The notes beneath the pieces are model-generated. The model searched no databases. It saw only the letters and a program-made list of their open reading frames with translations, and was not told the DNA's origin. This document shows positions 13,185-24,525 of a stretch of DNA of 64,000 nt, piece by piece. Position 1 is the stretch's first letter. Each line of letters opens with the position of its first letter. A program made the position numbers and the translations under genes. The DNA is from Stegostoma tigrinum (lineage: Eukaryota), in contig NC_081385.1 in assembly GCF_030684315.1 (NCBI RefSeq), positions 19,993,247 to 20,057,246 of the forward strand, written 5' to 3'.

Positions 13185-13555
13185 ATACAGAAGGCAAATG
13201 GAATGCTGGCCTTTATTTCAAAGGAAATGGAGCATAGAATTAGCATAGTTTCTTGCTGAAACTATATAAGGCAGTAGTCAGATCTCAACTGGAATATTGT
13301 GAACAGTTTTGCGACTTATCTAAAGAAAGATATACTGGCATTGAAGACAGTCTCTAGGCCAATACCAGGAAAGGACAGACTGTCATATGAGGAGAAGTTG
13401 AGGACATTGGGTCTCTACTTGTTGGAAATAGAAAAATGAGAGGCAACCCTATTGAAACATACAAGATTCTTAGGAGACTTAACAGGGTAAATGTGGAATG
13501 ATTGTTTCCCCTTGTGGTTGAATCTATGACAGAGGGCATAATCGTAGAATACGAG
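13185..13555 (+). mobile_element. Decayed CR1 ORF2 3' fragment spanning the right triplication breakpoint
   Basis: 'ctgaaactatataaggcagtagtcagatctcaactggaatattgtgaacagttt' reads LKLYKAVVRSQLEYCEQF; followed by 'ttgaaacatacaagattcttagg'. Confidence 0.75.
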
Positions 13556-13829
13556 ATAAGAGAAGCCATGCTGGCTCTGCTCTGCTATTACAAGCTTTAT
13601 CCAACCGAAAAGGGATATTACTCACAACGAACACGCTTTTGAGCTGGGTTGTTGGAATGTCCTTCCTCTCAGACTCAGAGCTGGCCCTCTTCCATGAAAA
13701 TAGGACTTGTAGGTCAGGGAGGATCCTCTCCTGGGTCTTCTTGTGTTGCTATACAGTCTTCTACCACAAGTCTTGCTGCGAGTCCTCACTGAGGGAATGG
13801 CTTCCAGGTGTGTGTTTCATTGACACATC

Positions 13830-16470
13830 ACATAAATCGACAAGTCACATAGATCCCATGCATCTTAATCTTCTGGATAAGCCTACCATGAGGGACCTTG
13901 TTGAATACCTTACTGGAATTCATGAAAACAACATCCACTGCTCTACCCTTATTGATCGAAAATCTCGAGGGGGTAACAATCAAGTTAATAAGACATGGAC
14001 TGCGCTGCACAAAGCCATGCCGACTGTCCCTAAATAGGCCATGCTTTTCCAAATGTGCGTAAATCCTATCCTTAACAATTCTCTCCAATAGCTTCACAAC
14101 CACTGATGTGAGACCCACCAGTCTCTAATTTTCTGGAATATCCCTATTTCCTTTTCTGAACAGATAAACGTTAGTTACTCACCAAACCTACGGGACATCT
14201 CTAGTGGCTAGTGAGGACACAAAGGCCTTTGCCAAGGCCCCAGCAATCTCCTATCTCACCATTCTCATTAATCTGGGGTAGATACCATAGGGTCCTGGGG
14301 ACTTACTCACTTTAGTACTCTTCAAGAGATCCAACACCACTTCCTTCTTCATCTCAAAATGCCCTAGCGTTTTAGCATGTTCCACACAAATCTCACTATC
14401 CTCCATATCCTTTTCCTGGGTGAATACTAATACAAAATACTCGTTTAGGACATCACTCACATTCGCTACCTCCAAGCACAAATTCCCCCCTTTATCTTTG
14501 AGTGGTCCTAACTTCTCCCTAGTTATCCTCTTCTTTTTGATGTATCTATAGAATGCCTTAGGATTCTCTTTAATCCTACTTGCTAAGGTCATTTCATGGT
14601 CACTTCTTGCTCTCCAAATTCCCTACTTGAGTACTTTCCTGATTTCCTTATATTCCTTACTGGCCCTGTGCGGTTTTATCTTCCTAAATCTTACATATGC
14701 TTCTTTTATCCTTTTGACTAAATTCACAACCTCCCTCATTATCCAAGGCCCCCTTACCTTGCCATCCTTATCCTACCTCATTACTGGAAGATGCCAATCT
14801 TGAACTCTCTCCAACAGGTCTTTAAACAGTTCCAACATGTCAAATGTGGACTTGCCTAATAACAACTCCTCCCAATTAACACTCCCTAGCTCCTGTCTAA
14901 TGCTGATGTAATTCACTTTCCCCCAATTTGGTGCCCTCCTGCAATGTCCTGACTTACCCTTGTTCATAGCTATCTTAAAATGTAAGGGGTTGTGATCACT
15001 GTTACCAAAATGCTCTCCCACTGAAAAGACAGTCATCTGGCCAGGGACATTAACTAATACAAAGTCCAGTATAGCTCCTCCTCTAGTTGGACTATTCACA
15101 TACTGTTTCAAGAAACCCTCTTGGATGCACATAACAAATTCCATCCCATCTAAGCCTTTTCCTGTAAGGGAGTCCCAGCAAATACCAGGGAAGTTAAAGT
15201 CAACCACTATGACAACTCTGTTTTATTGCTCCTTTCCATAATCTGCCTAAATATTTGTTCCTCAGTCTCTCTGTGGCTGTTGGGAGGCCTGTAGTATAAT
15301 TCAAGCAGAATTATTGTACCCATTTTATTTTTGAGCTCTACCCACATTGCCTCGGTGATGAGCCTTCCAGTGCAGATGTAACATTCTCCCTGATTAGTAA
15401 TGCAACTCCTCCATCTCTTTTACCTTCCTCTCTATCTCGTCTAAAACGACAAAATGCCTGGAACATTGAACAGCCAGTCCTGTCATTCATTCAGCCAAGT
15501 ATCTGTAATGGCCATAGCATCATAATCCCATGTACTGATCCAGGCTGTAAGATCATCTACTTTACCTTTAATACTCCCTGCATTGAAATAAACACCCTTC
15601 AGCCCATTAGTATGAACATGTGTTCATTTATGTGTCTCTGCTTCTCTTTTCTTTTGGATTTACTGATCGTAACATCTACCTTCCTCTCAATCCCTCCACT
15701 TGCTGACCTGCTGCTCTGGTTCCCAGCCCACTGCTACTCTAGTTTAAACTCTCCCAAGTAGCACGAGATAACCTCCCTGCGAGGATATCGGTTCCCCTCC
15801 AGTTTAAGTGCAGCCCATCCCTCTTGCAAAGGTCATTCCTGCCCCAGGAGAGATCCCAACGATCCAAGAAACTGAAATCCTGCCCCCTGCACTTGGTCCT
15901 TCTCCACACAATTATCTTACCTATCTTTCTATTCCTTGGCTCACTAGCACGTGGCACCGACAGTAACCCAGAGATTACTGCCCTCGAGATAACAAAGTGT
16001 GGAGCGGGATGAACACAGCAGACCAAGCAGCATCTCAGGAGCACCAAAGCTGACGTTTCAGGCCTAGTCCCTTCATCAGAGACATCTACCTGACTGAACC
16101 TCCAGTGTAACCACATCCCTGTAACTAGTGTCTATTACACTCTCTGCCCCTGCATGCTCCATAGTGTATCCAACTGCTGCTCCGACCAAACAATGCGGTC
16201 TGTGAGGAGTTGCAACCTGTCACACTTCCTGCAGACATAGTCATCAGAGACACTAGACTGCTGCCTGATCTCCCACATCTGGCAGGAAGAGCACACCACT
16301 GCTCTAACTGCCATCTCTGCCCCTTCTTACTAAGAAAGATAAAAGAATCTTACCTTGCCTGCCTTATTCACTGAAGCCCCGTATTCACCTAAACCCACAC
16401 TTACACCGATTAGCTGCACTGACTGGTTCCTTATGTTACCGTGCATTCTTTACAAGCAGACCAAATACCT
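13830..16470 (-). mobile_element. Old, internally deleted CR1 LINE: 5'UTR, ORF1 (zinc-finger/zipper plus SGNH esterase), APE endonuclease and RT N-terminus
   Basis: ATG at 16314 gives MAVRAVVCSSCQMWE...DYVCRKCDRLQLL. Esterase motif DLCKRDGLHLNWRG (15739-16116 ORF). Endonuclease DFNFPGICW, PTRGGAILD, SDHN (14773-15207). Also IKENPKAFYRY...KSPGP and LTSVVVKLLE...HGF. Many stops and frameshifts. Confidence 0.9.
15987..16080 (-). mobile_element. PLE terminal fragment nested in the CR1 ORF1
   Basis: 'gataacaaagtgtggagcgggatgaacacagcagaccaagcagcatc...gctgacgtttcaggcctagtcccttcatcag'. Confidence 0.7.
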
Positions 16471-16799
16471 TGTAGACTATAACAAACTTACTAGCAGCCT
16501 CTCTTAATGTCTCTCCTCTCTTTTTTTGGTTAGGGGAGGAAGGAAGGATAAAAACACTGCAGCAATGTAATGTTTGGGTCTCACCATTCCTTGACACTGA
16601 GTTCTTCCTCACTTTACTGATGGTTCATGTTGACTGTGCCATCTTCTCCCAGAATGCTCAGCAAAGTCTCTTGCCCTCCTCTACTAATTGCTCCTCCCAC
16701 TGCTTATCACCTGGGAGGGGGTGGTATTCTCCCTCACTCTGCTGATTGGTCGTGGTGACTATACCGACTTCTCCCAGAATGCTCAGCGAGGCTGGATCT

Positions 16800-17540
16800 A
16801 TTTTCCGGGGATCTTCAGAAGCTGAGGGGTAACCTTATAGAACTTTTAAAAAATCATGAAGGGTATCAATAGAGTGAATAGACAAGGTCTTTTTCCCAGA
16901 ATAAGGGAGTCCAAAGCGAGAGGGATAGGTTTAAGGTGAGAGGGGAAAGATTTAAAAGGGACCTAAGGAATAACCTTTTCATGCAGAGGGTGGTGTGTGT
17001 ATGGAATGAACTGCCAGAGAAAGTGGTGGAGGCTGGTACAATTACATTTAAAAGGCATCTGGTTGGGTATATGAATGGGAAGGTTTTTGAGGGTTATGGG
17101 TCAAATGCTGATCAATGAGACTAGATTAGTTTGGAGTTTTGAAGAATGAGAAATGATCTCATTGAAGCACATAGCATTCCTATGGGGCTTGACAGAATAA
17201 ATACTGCGAGGTTGTATCCCCTAATGGGTGAATCCAGGACCAGAGTGAAGACCAGACTCAGAATAAAGGGATGCCTATTTAAGACTGAGATGTGGAGGTA
17301 TTTCATCTCTCAAATGGTTATGAGACTTCGGAACTCCTTTCAATAGAGAGCTGTGCTGCTAGAGTCCTTGTGTATATTTTAGGCTGTGATAAATAGATCC
17401 CTGATCAGTTAGGTAATCAAAGTCTAAGGGCAGGAAAGTGGAAGTAAGGAATATCAGAACAACCATGATCGCATGGAAGGGTGGAACAATCTCAAGGGGC
17501 TGAGCAACCTATTCCTGTTCCTATGTTTTATGGTCTGAAG
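16800..17540 (+). mobile_element. Two adjacent decayed CR1 3' fragments
   Basis: ORFs 16936 (RGERFKRDLRNNLFMQRVVCVWNELP) and 17146 (RNDLIEA..GLDR...FISQMVMRLRNS) are CR1 ORF2 C-termini. Confidence 0.8.
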
Positions 17541-17661
17541 GTCTTTTAAGGACCTTTTAGAAACAGGACTATTAGAAATATAGTTCAAGCATGTAATGCA
17601 AGTCACCTCCTTTGTCATGGCTAAGTGATTGTCTGTGCTGCACTGAGTTTATATCTTACAG

Positions 17662-18073
17662 GGGAAAATGGATGGAGAAAGAGAAGAAGCTAAGGGATTC
17701 CATTAAGCAAGTTTTGAAGTGTGATGTTCATCAAAGTAACCCTCTGCATCCAGTACAACTGGAACCTGTTGACTGCATATTGACAGCCTCATGCCTCGAG
17801 GCTGCCTGTAAGGATGAAGCAGCTTACCGCACTGCTGTTAGAAATATAACCTCTCTGCTAAAACCAGGTGGGGTGCTCATTATTATTGGTGACATGAACC
17901 AGGCTGTTTATAAGGTCAATGAGTACAACTTCTCAATCTTGCCACTTGATCGTACATTAATGAAAAATGCTTTGGAGGAAGCTGACTGTGAGATTAAACA
18001 GTTGGAAACATGTAAATCAGTCACTTGGTCAGGCAATGACATGATATTTTTCCTAGTTGCTCAAAAGAAATAA
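17662..18073 (+). CDS. NNMT: Methyltransferase A exon 3 (GKWMEKEKKLR...KCDVHQSNPL...CLEAACKD...LLKPGG...FFLVAQKK*)
   Basis: tcttacag| acceptor, phase 2, 412 nt to TAA. With one exon 2 the CDS is 154+205+412 = 771 nt (256 aa). KCDV, LLKPGG and LVA.K family motifs. Confidence 0.92.
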
Positions 18074-18363
18074 AACAGCTTCATGCTGAATCAATTTTGC
18101 AACTGTTATACATTTAACCTGTTTAAAAGCTAATGCACATGCAAAGTGAAAAATGAATGCTATTAAAATGACTCATGGTATTTGCTCATCATTGCCTTAA
18201 TTTTGTTTGTATGCTCATTTCTGAAATACAAGTTGTAAACTCAATAGAGCTTAATAAAGACCTACACTCCAGTACAGTTCAAAGAACTTATTTTATTGCT
18301 TTAGAGGTGCTTTCTGTTCCCTATGACACTCTCATTCATATTATATCATATATGTGTAGTAAT

Positions 18364-18547
18364 TGAAATGACGTCAGCCAGGTAGACCTCAGAGAATATG
18401 TGTTCCCTGATTGGAGCTGCTAATCTCCAGCTGGCAGGTAAGAACAGGAGTGTCAGACATCCTGCTCACTCTGAGAGCTGGATCAGTGTCACATGTAAAT
18501 AAAGGGTGGCTTGATGACAGGGCACCAGCCCCTGTGGAGTAATTTCA
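18364..18547 (+). mobile_element. Short solo-LTR-like repeat
   Basis: TGAAAT...ATTTCA inverted termini and internal AATAAA; homologous to 21461-21669. Confidence 0.5.
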
Positions 18548-18854
18548 ATGTCCTAGATTAAATTCTGGCTGACCCGTCAGGGGTCTCTGAACTTTCTCTG
18601 TAATCTCAAACTTGATGAAAACCTGTCTCACTGCAAATAAACCATTCACTTAAATTTTCCAGCACCACTGCACAGTGGAAGCACTGTGTATCACCCACAA
18701 GGTACACATCTCAGTAAGTCCTGTTCAATAGTCACTTCCAAGTCAGTAGCCTCAACTAACTAGAAGAAAGGCAGCAGCATTCCCATGGGAACGTGGACAC
18801 TCTATGATTTCCCCTCAATTAATTCTAAAATGTAATGTCCTAAAAGAAGGAGAA

Positions 18855-19345
18855 AAGGTTCAGAAAAGATTTACAAGGATGTTGCCACATTTGGAGGATT
18901 TGAGCTATAGGAAGAGGCTAAATATGTTGGGGCTATTTTCCCGAGAGCATTGGAGGCTGAGAGGTGACCTTATAGAGATTTATAAAGTCATGAGGGGCAT
19001 GGATAGGGTAAATAGGCACGGTCATTTCCCCATGGCTGGGGAGTCCAAAACGAGACAGCATAGGTTCAAGGTGAGAGTGGAAAGGAATAAAAAGGACTTC
19101 AGGGACAATATTTGCATGCAGATGCTAATGCGTGTATGGAGTGAGCTCCTAGATGATGTAGTGGAGTTTGGTGTGATTGCAACATTTAAAAGACATCTGG
19201 ATGAATAAAAGACTAGGAAGAGTTTAGAGGGATTTAGGCCAAATGCTGGCAAATGGGACTAGACTTATTTAGGATATCTGGTTGGCATGGACAAGTTGGA
19301 CCGAAGGGTCTGTTTCCATGCTCCACAACACTATGACTCTATATC
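18855..19345 (+). mobile_element. CR1 LINE 3' fragment
   Basis: EKVQKRFTRMLP...LGLFS...LRGDLIEIYK...FKRHLD followed by a CR1 3'UTR ending 'ctatgactctat'. Confidence 0.88.
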
Positions 19346-20705
19346 TGAAGCCCTCCCTCCCACACCAGCACTTTGGGCACACATTCTTGATGTTGACATT
19401 CCATGGAAGCTCTCTAGATTGATTTCCTGGATAAGACAGTTGTCCTATGATGTGGGGTTAAGAGGATTGGATCCATTGCTCTTTGGAATTAGCACTGGTG
19501 AAAAGTGATTTCATTCAAACATCTAAGTTTCAAAGGAAACTTAAAATTGTACATTTTGAGTAATTGCTTAAACCTGGAGAGTCAAAGGTAAAGGGTTACT
19601 GTCTCAGAATAAACTCTTAACTACTTAAACCCAGATTAGGAATTTCTTGTCTCAAGCTTTATGAATCTTTGGAACGTGGCCTGTCTGTCTCTGTCTCTCC
19701 CTCCCCCTACATCCACCCACGCAGCAGCTGATATGCTTAGCCCTGACATGAATTTACCTCAGAAATAGACATTTTGTCTCTTAGAGAGATATGGGGTATG
19801 CACCACCCTACAGATCTCCAATCTGTGTGCTCCTCCAATTCTGGCCATGTCAAGTTAAATCACACCACCGTTAGCTTGTGTGCCTTCAGCTGCAAATGAC
19901 GGCCGTCAGCTTTGGATTTCTCTCCCTATCACCCTGCCTCGTAACAACCACCTGAAATAATCTGACAATCCATCTCAAGGCAAATAGGACTGGACTGCAA
20001 ATGTTTAAGGAATGCCTTGCACTTTACAAGCATACACACACTGTTCATAACTCCCCTCTCCCAGGCTGCTGCCTAGGCCACCTGCAGACAGCTGTTCATC
20101 GGCACTTATAGGTGAACTGAGGACAAATAGAACCCTGGGGAGATGGCCCAGGGCAGGTTGCTGCTTGCAAATGGGAGCGCTGACAGGTGGTGCAAGTTTT
20201 CTCATCTGTCCACTTCTGGGAGCTTAAAATTCTGCTCCATTTGAACATTCAGAAAGCTTTTAGACATGCATTCAAAGAAAACTCATTTTCAGCGTTATGA
20301 AGGAAATGCTGATATGTGGGATTAAACTGGACTGATTCTAAATATGATTAATTCAAGTTAGTCAGCTTTGCATTTCCCCAACCTACATAGTCAAGCTTAG
20401 ATCCAGCTGCCCTTATTTCCGTATTCCTTATCAGGAATAGTGTTGGAATACAGTCTGAGTAAATTGACAGGTCATTGACTAGACTTTAGAATTCTGACAC
20501 AATTAGGGGACTTTGAACTCCTCATAAAACAGGATTTGATAGGTTTTATTCCCTGCATTGAACATAAATAACTAACTGTGATAAAAACACTTCACAGCAT
20601 GAATTTTGGACAATGACCATGAGAGAAAAATCATACACAGCTTTTCAGGAACCTCTCTCCGTCTTGAAACAAAGCATTTTTCTAAAGTGACTTTTACATG
20701 CATGG

Positions 20706-20725
20706 ACCGCCCCTTTAAATATAAC
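20706..20725 (+). promoter_or_regulatory. GC-box plus TATA-like element upstream of methyltransferase B
   Basis: 'ccgccc' then 'tttaaatataa' about 60 bp upstream of the ATG at 20784. Confidence 0.5.
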
Positions 20726-20783
20726 GTGGGTTGGGAACGGCCAACGAACTTTCCACTCAATCCACTTCTCTACTGGAGGCAAA

Positions 20784-20937
20784 ATGGAACTAAGTTTTAC
20801 TGACGGAAATTATTATGAGAAAAAGTTTGACTCTCGCATTTATTTGGAAACATATTATGCTTCTCCGCTTGGTAATCGCATGGAAAATGATTTTTTGCCT
20901 TTTGTTCTGAAGAATTTGGTAAAAGTTTTTTCCGGGG
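20784..20937 (+). CDS. NNMT: NNMT/INMT-family methyltransferase paralogue B, exon 1 (MELSFTDGNYYEKKFDSRIYLETYYASPLGNRMENDFLPFVLKNLVKVFSG)
   Basis: aaaATGG start context; 154 nt; G|gtgagt donor; YLETYY motif. Confidence 0.93.
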
Positions 20938-21235
20938 GTGAGTAAGGTTTTTGGCTTTCATAACCGAACTGAATTGCTCAATGTTGTTCTGAAGGGCGAC
21001 ACCCTAACTTGTGAATCTCTGACTGCAACTTTACAGATCAGTTAACTTATTGCTCATTGGAATTTCTAGTTACTTTAATCAGTGTATTCAGGACAGGTGA
21101 GACTTGAACACATCCTCCAGTCTCAGAGGTAGGGGGTACATGAACCCCAATATACAGGGCTAGAATCTGATCCTTCTGGCTCAAGGAAGGGATATTACCA
21201 CTGTGCCAGAAGAGGGCTCACAAAACACATTTTTT

Positions 21236-21458
21236 TATGGATGTGAGTTTGCTCGCTGAGCTGGAAGGTTAGTTTTCAGATGTTTCATCACCATTCTAGG
21301 TAACATCATCAGTGAGCCTCCGACGAAGCTCTCCGATGAAGGGTCTAGGCCCAAAACGTCAGCTTTTGTGCTCCTGAGATGCTGCTTGGCCTACTGTGTT
21401 CATCCAGCTTCACACTTTATTATCTTGGATTCTCCAGCATCTGCAGTTCCCATCATCA
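21236..21458. mobile_element. Two back-to-back PLE terminal fragments (- at 21236-21330, + at 21333-21458)
   Basis: 'gagtttgctcgctgagctggaagg..ttttcagatgtttcatcaccattctaggtaacatcatcagtgag' abuts 'gatgaagggtctaggcccaaaacgtcagc...ctccagcatctgcag'. Confidence 0.7.
21276..21315 (-). ncRNA. Minimal type I hammerhead-ribozyme-like motif in a PLE end
   Basis: Minus strand reads UCA CUGAUGA U GUUACC-uagaau-GGUGAU GAAAC AUC UGA: intact core boxes, paired stem II, 3-bp stem I, NUH triplet. Confidence 0.55.
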
Positions 21459-21460
21459 CT

Positions 21461-21669
21461 TATAATGAGGTCAACCGGCTGGAACTCACGGAATGTAAAT
21501 TCCCTGAATGGGGCTGTTAATCTGGCCGAATGACATGAAATGGTTGGGTTCAGAGATACTGACTCTCTGGTATCTGACACTATATGAGGCAGTACTATAG
21601 TCACAGACTGTTTATGTGCAGATAAAGGGGAGTTGCTGACAGGATAATAGCCTCTGTGGAGTTATTTCA
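21461..21669 (+). mobile_element. Short solo-LTR-like repeat, same family as 18364
   Basis: 'taatgaggtca..ttccctgaatggggctgttaatct...ataaaggg...ctgtggagttatttca'. Confidence 0.5.
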
Positions 21670-23149
21670 GAAGGATTTAATTGGGTAAGTGGGTATTAAT
21701 GTAGGAGTGACAGGATGGATTAGACTATTGAGCCCTTTTACACTGAAGTAGTGTAGACGTTCTGAGTGGCGGATCAGGCGAGACAAGCGAAGGCTTGCAG
21801 TGTTTGCCAGGAAGAGAGGAAAAGCTAATTGGGGCACATTTGACTGTGTGGTGAAGAGTATTCCATTATTAACTGTAAGAGAAAATGCCAAAGTCTACTG
21901 AAAGCAAGGGAATGAGGAGTAAAAGTTACCATCCAAGATGGTAATGGAGTAGGACTCCTGGGCCGGAGCTCGTACAGTCCATCCGTTTCTTTTTATTTCT
22001 GAGTTATTTTGTACCTGCCCTCGGCATCGGTGATGTCTGTATGGCGTGAAAGCCAGTACGGTCCCCTGGCCCCAATGCGGACCCGGATCCCCGCAACCAG
22101 CGCAGACCCCAGGCCCCAGCAGGGCCCCTGAGCCCAGGTCCCAGTGGCGATCCAGACTCCTGCTCTCAAGGTGAACTCCTGCACAGTCTGCGTTGCAATT
22201 ATTCTTTGTCCGAACGCTTGTTTCTCTATTTTTCTAACGCATTGCCAGGCTATTAATCTTTATTTCTCTTTTTTTTCCCTAAGAATTCACACTTAAGAAT
22301 CTGTACCTGAGATGAGCCAATAAGTGGTGACAGTAAACTTTTCACTGTGCCTACTTGAGAGGGTTTGATAATAAAGATAATTTAAATTCTGAAATGGGCT
22401 GCTTGGGCCAAGAATACAGGGTTTACGAAGGCCCTAAAACAGCCAACATAAGCATGTGCCCATTTTATACTCTGAAGTCCTTCCCCTGGCACAGTAGGTA
22501 ATGACAAACAAAAGATACCCTTACCCCATACCTGAGGGAGGCATTGGGCCAAATACAGATTCCTTCCTCAGGACTTCATTGCAATTTGTCAACACCCTGA
22601 GTGAGATAAGTTATACTGTCAGTCAATGCATTTGGAGCCATTTGCCCTCCAGGGTACAAGCAACAATGGGCCAAATGGCCACCCTCCTTCAATGCTGTAA
22701 CCATTCTGGGTGAGTCTAGGAGAGAAGTGATCATTTGAACTGAGGGAGGGATGAGAGAAAAGTTCAGGGGAGCATCAGTGTGTTCCAACTGGGGGGGAAT
22801 TGAGGAATTGGAAAGAGAAATGTTGCGGAAAGTAAAAGACTAAAGTCACCATCATCCCATGCTGTTCCTCGAGAGAGTGGCAGCTGGTGCTCAATATAAT
22901 TTGAGCATCACCATGTCTCAGGTCCATGATTACGTTAACTGTGTTATTGGTTCCAGCCTCTTCTTTTTTAGTCTTCTAGTGGGCCATTTGTTAAATGTTT
23001 AGTCGTAATTCAGCCCTAGAGTCCTGTATTTCAACCTCCTTGGGAATCTGCCGAGGTGGCCGTTACAGACCTGGGCAGTGGGGCATAGAGGGGCAAATAA
23101 ACATGGTTACCTGCTGCTCATTTGTGGTTCTGTCCATGTGCAGGTCAGA

Positions 23150-23292
23150 ACATTCTGAGGAAGGGTCACCGGATCCAAAACGTTAACTCTGATGTTTTTT
23201 CTTCACAGATGCTGCCAGACCTACTGAACGTTTCCAGCAACTTCTGTTTTTGTTCTTGATTTACCGCATCCGCAGTTCTTTCAGTTTTTATT
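23150..23292 (+). mobile_element. PLE terminal fragment with decayed hammerhead-like motif
   Basis: 'ttctgaggaagggtcaccggatccaaaacgttaactctg..cacagatgctgccagacc', same family as 44098-44237. Confidence 0.7.
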
Positions 23293-23758
23293 TACATTGC
23301 AGACCTTGAACACTTATCGTCTGAAATGGTTTTCCTCACGTCATTCTTGCTGCTTTTCTCAATTAATTTAAAACCCCTCCCCTTCATTCTCCATCCTTTT
23401 CATGAATGGGAGGAGTTTCTCTATCAAATACTCTCCACACCCTTTATCATTTCCAGCTCCAATGTAATGTTGAAGTTGGGGGTTAAAAACAGGTGAAAGG
23501 GTTTCCCAACGTTGCATATTATTGAGAAATTTCATTCCCTGACGTGCAATAGTTTAACTGTGAAGTAATATCACTATCATCAGGAAGCAATGGGGATGGT
23601 GAGAAGGAATGAAAAGTTACCCTGATTCTTGCATACCAACTCAAGGAGGTGAATGTTGATCTTCATAAATATCTCATAGCGGTTCCATCAATACTGCTCA
23701 TATTATACTTTACAACTTTATTTCCCAACTAATGACTGGGGGTTGATTTTTATTCCAG

Positions 23759-23963
23759 ATTCCAGATTCCACACCCTGCTTGAAATTGGATGTGGTCCCT
23801 GTCTTCACTGTGCTCTCTGTGCCACAGAGTATGTGGAGGAACTTGTTTTGTCTGATTATGCTTCCAACAATCGTCAGGAAATTGAGCAGTGGTTACAAAA
23901 TGATCCAAGAGCTTTTGACTGGAGCCCAGTTGCAAAATTTGTGTGTGAGCTAGAAGGCAACAG
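23759..23963 (+). CDS. NNMT: Methyltransferase B exon 2 (DSRFHTLLEIGCGPCLHC...FDWSPVAKFVCELEGN-R)
   Basis: ttccag| acceptor and AG|gtaatc donor; 205 nt; SAM motif I. Confidence 0.94.
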
Positions 23964-24120
23964 GTAATCAATAATAGCTCTGATATGCTTTGCTGTTTTT
24001 AATAGAAAAAACTGCCTATTGGTCCATATGCATGATCCAATTTATCACTGACACTTAAAGACCAAGCAAATTGTGGGTTTGATCCTTAAATTGCATTGAA
24101 TTACCTGACCTCCCCTGGTG

Positions 24121-24525
24121 TGATTTGATTTGATTTATTATGGCTGTGTACCAAGATTCAGTGAAAAGTATTGTTTTGTGTGCTATCCAAACAAATCATT
24201 ATAGGTACATCAAAGTAATTGAATGGAATGCAAAATATAGTGTTGCAGCTGCAGAGAAAGATCAACTTTAATATATGTGAGGCTCATTCATAAGTCTGAT
24301 AACAGCTATTCTTAAATCCGTGGAGGTGCTTTCAAACTTTTGTATCTTCTGCCTGATGGAAGAGAGTATGACTGAGGTTGGAGGTGTCTTTGTTTGTGTT
24401 GACTGCTCTCTCAAGGCAGCGGGAAGTGTTGACCAAACCAATGGGACAAAAGCTGGTTTTTGCGATGGACTGGGTTCCTTTCATAACTCTATCTCTTCAG
24501 GTCTTGGGCAGAGTAGTTGTCCCAC
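24121..24525 (-). mobile_element. Decayed LINE 3' end (Rex1/L2-like)
   Basis: (TGATT)n tail followed by 'tgtaccaagattcagtgaaaag', the reverse of a typical Rex1/L2-type 3' terminus. Confidence 0.5.

Larger units (their letters stand above)
3195..13281 (+). repeat. Tandem triplication, 3 x 3362 bp (3195-6556, 6557-9918, 9919-13280)
   Basis: Every ORF recurs at +3362 and +6724. Only two differences found by eye: T3885/G7247/T10609 and T6011/C9373/C12735. Confidence 0.98.

Noticed and set aside
13560-13830. Coding-looking stretch between two CR1 pieces
   Set aside because: No frame gave a motif I could recognise; probably another repeat fragment.
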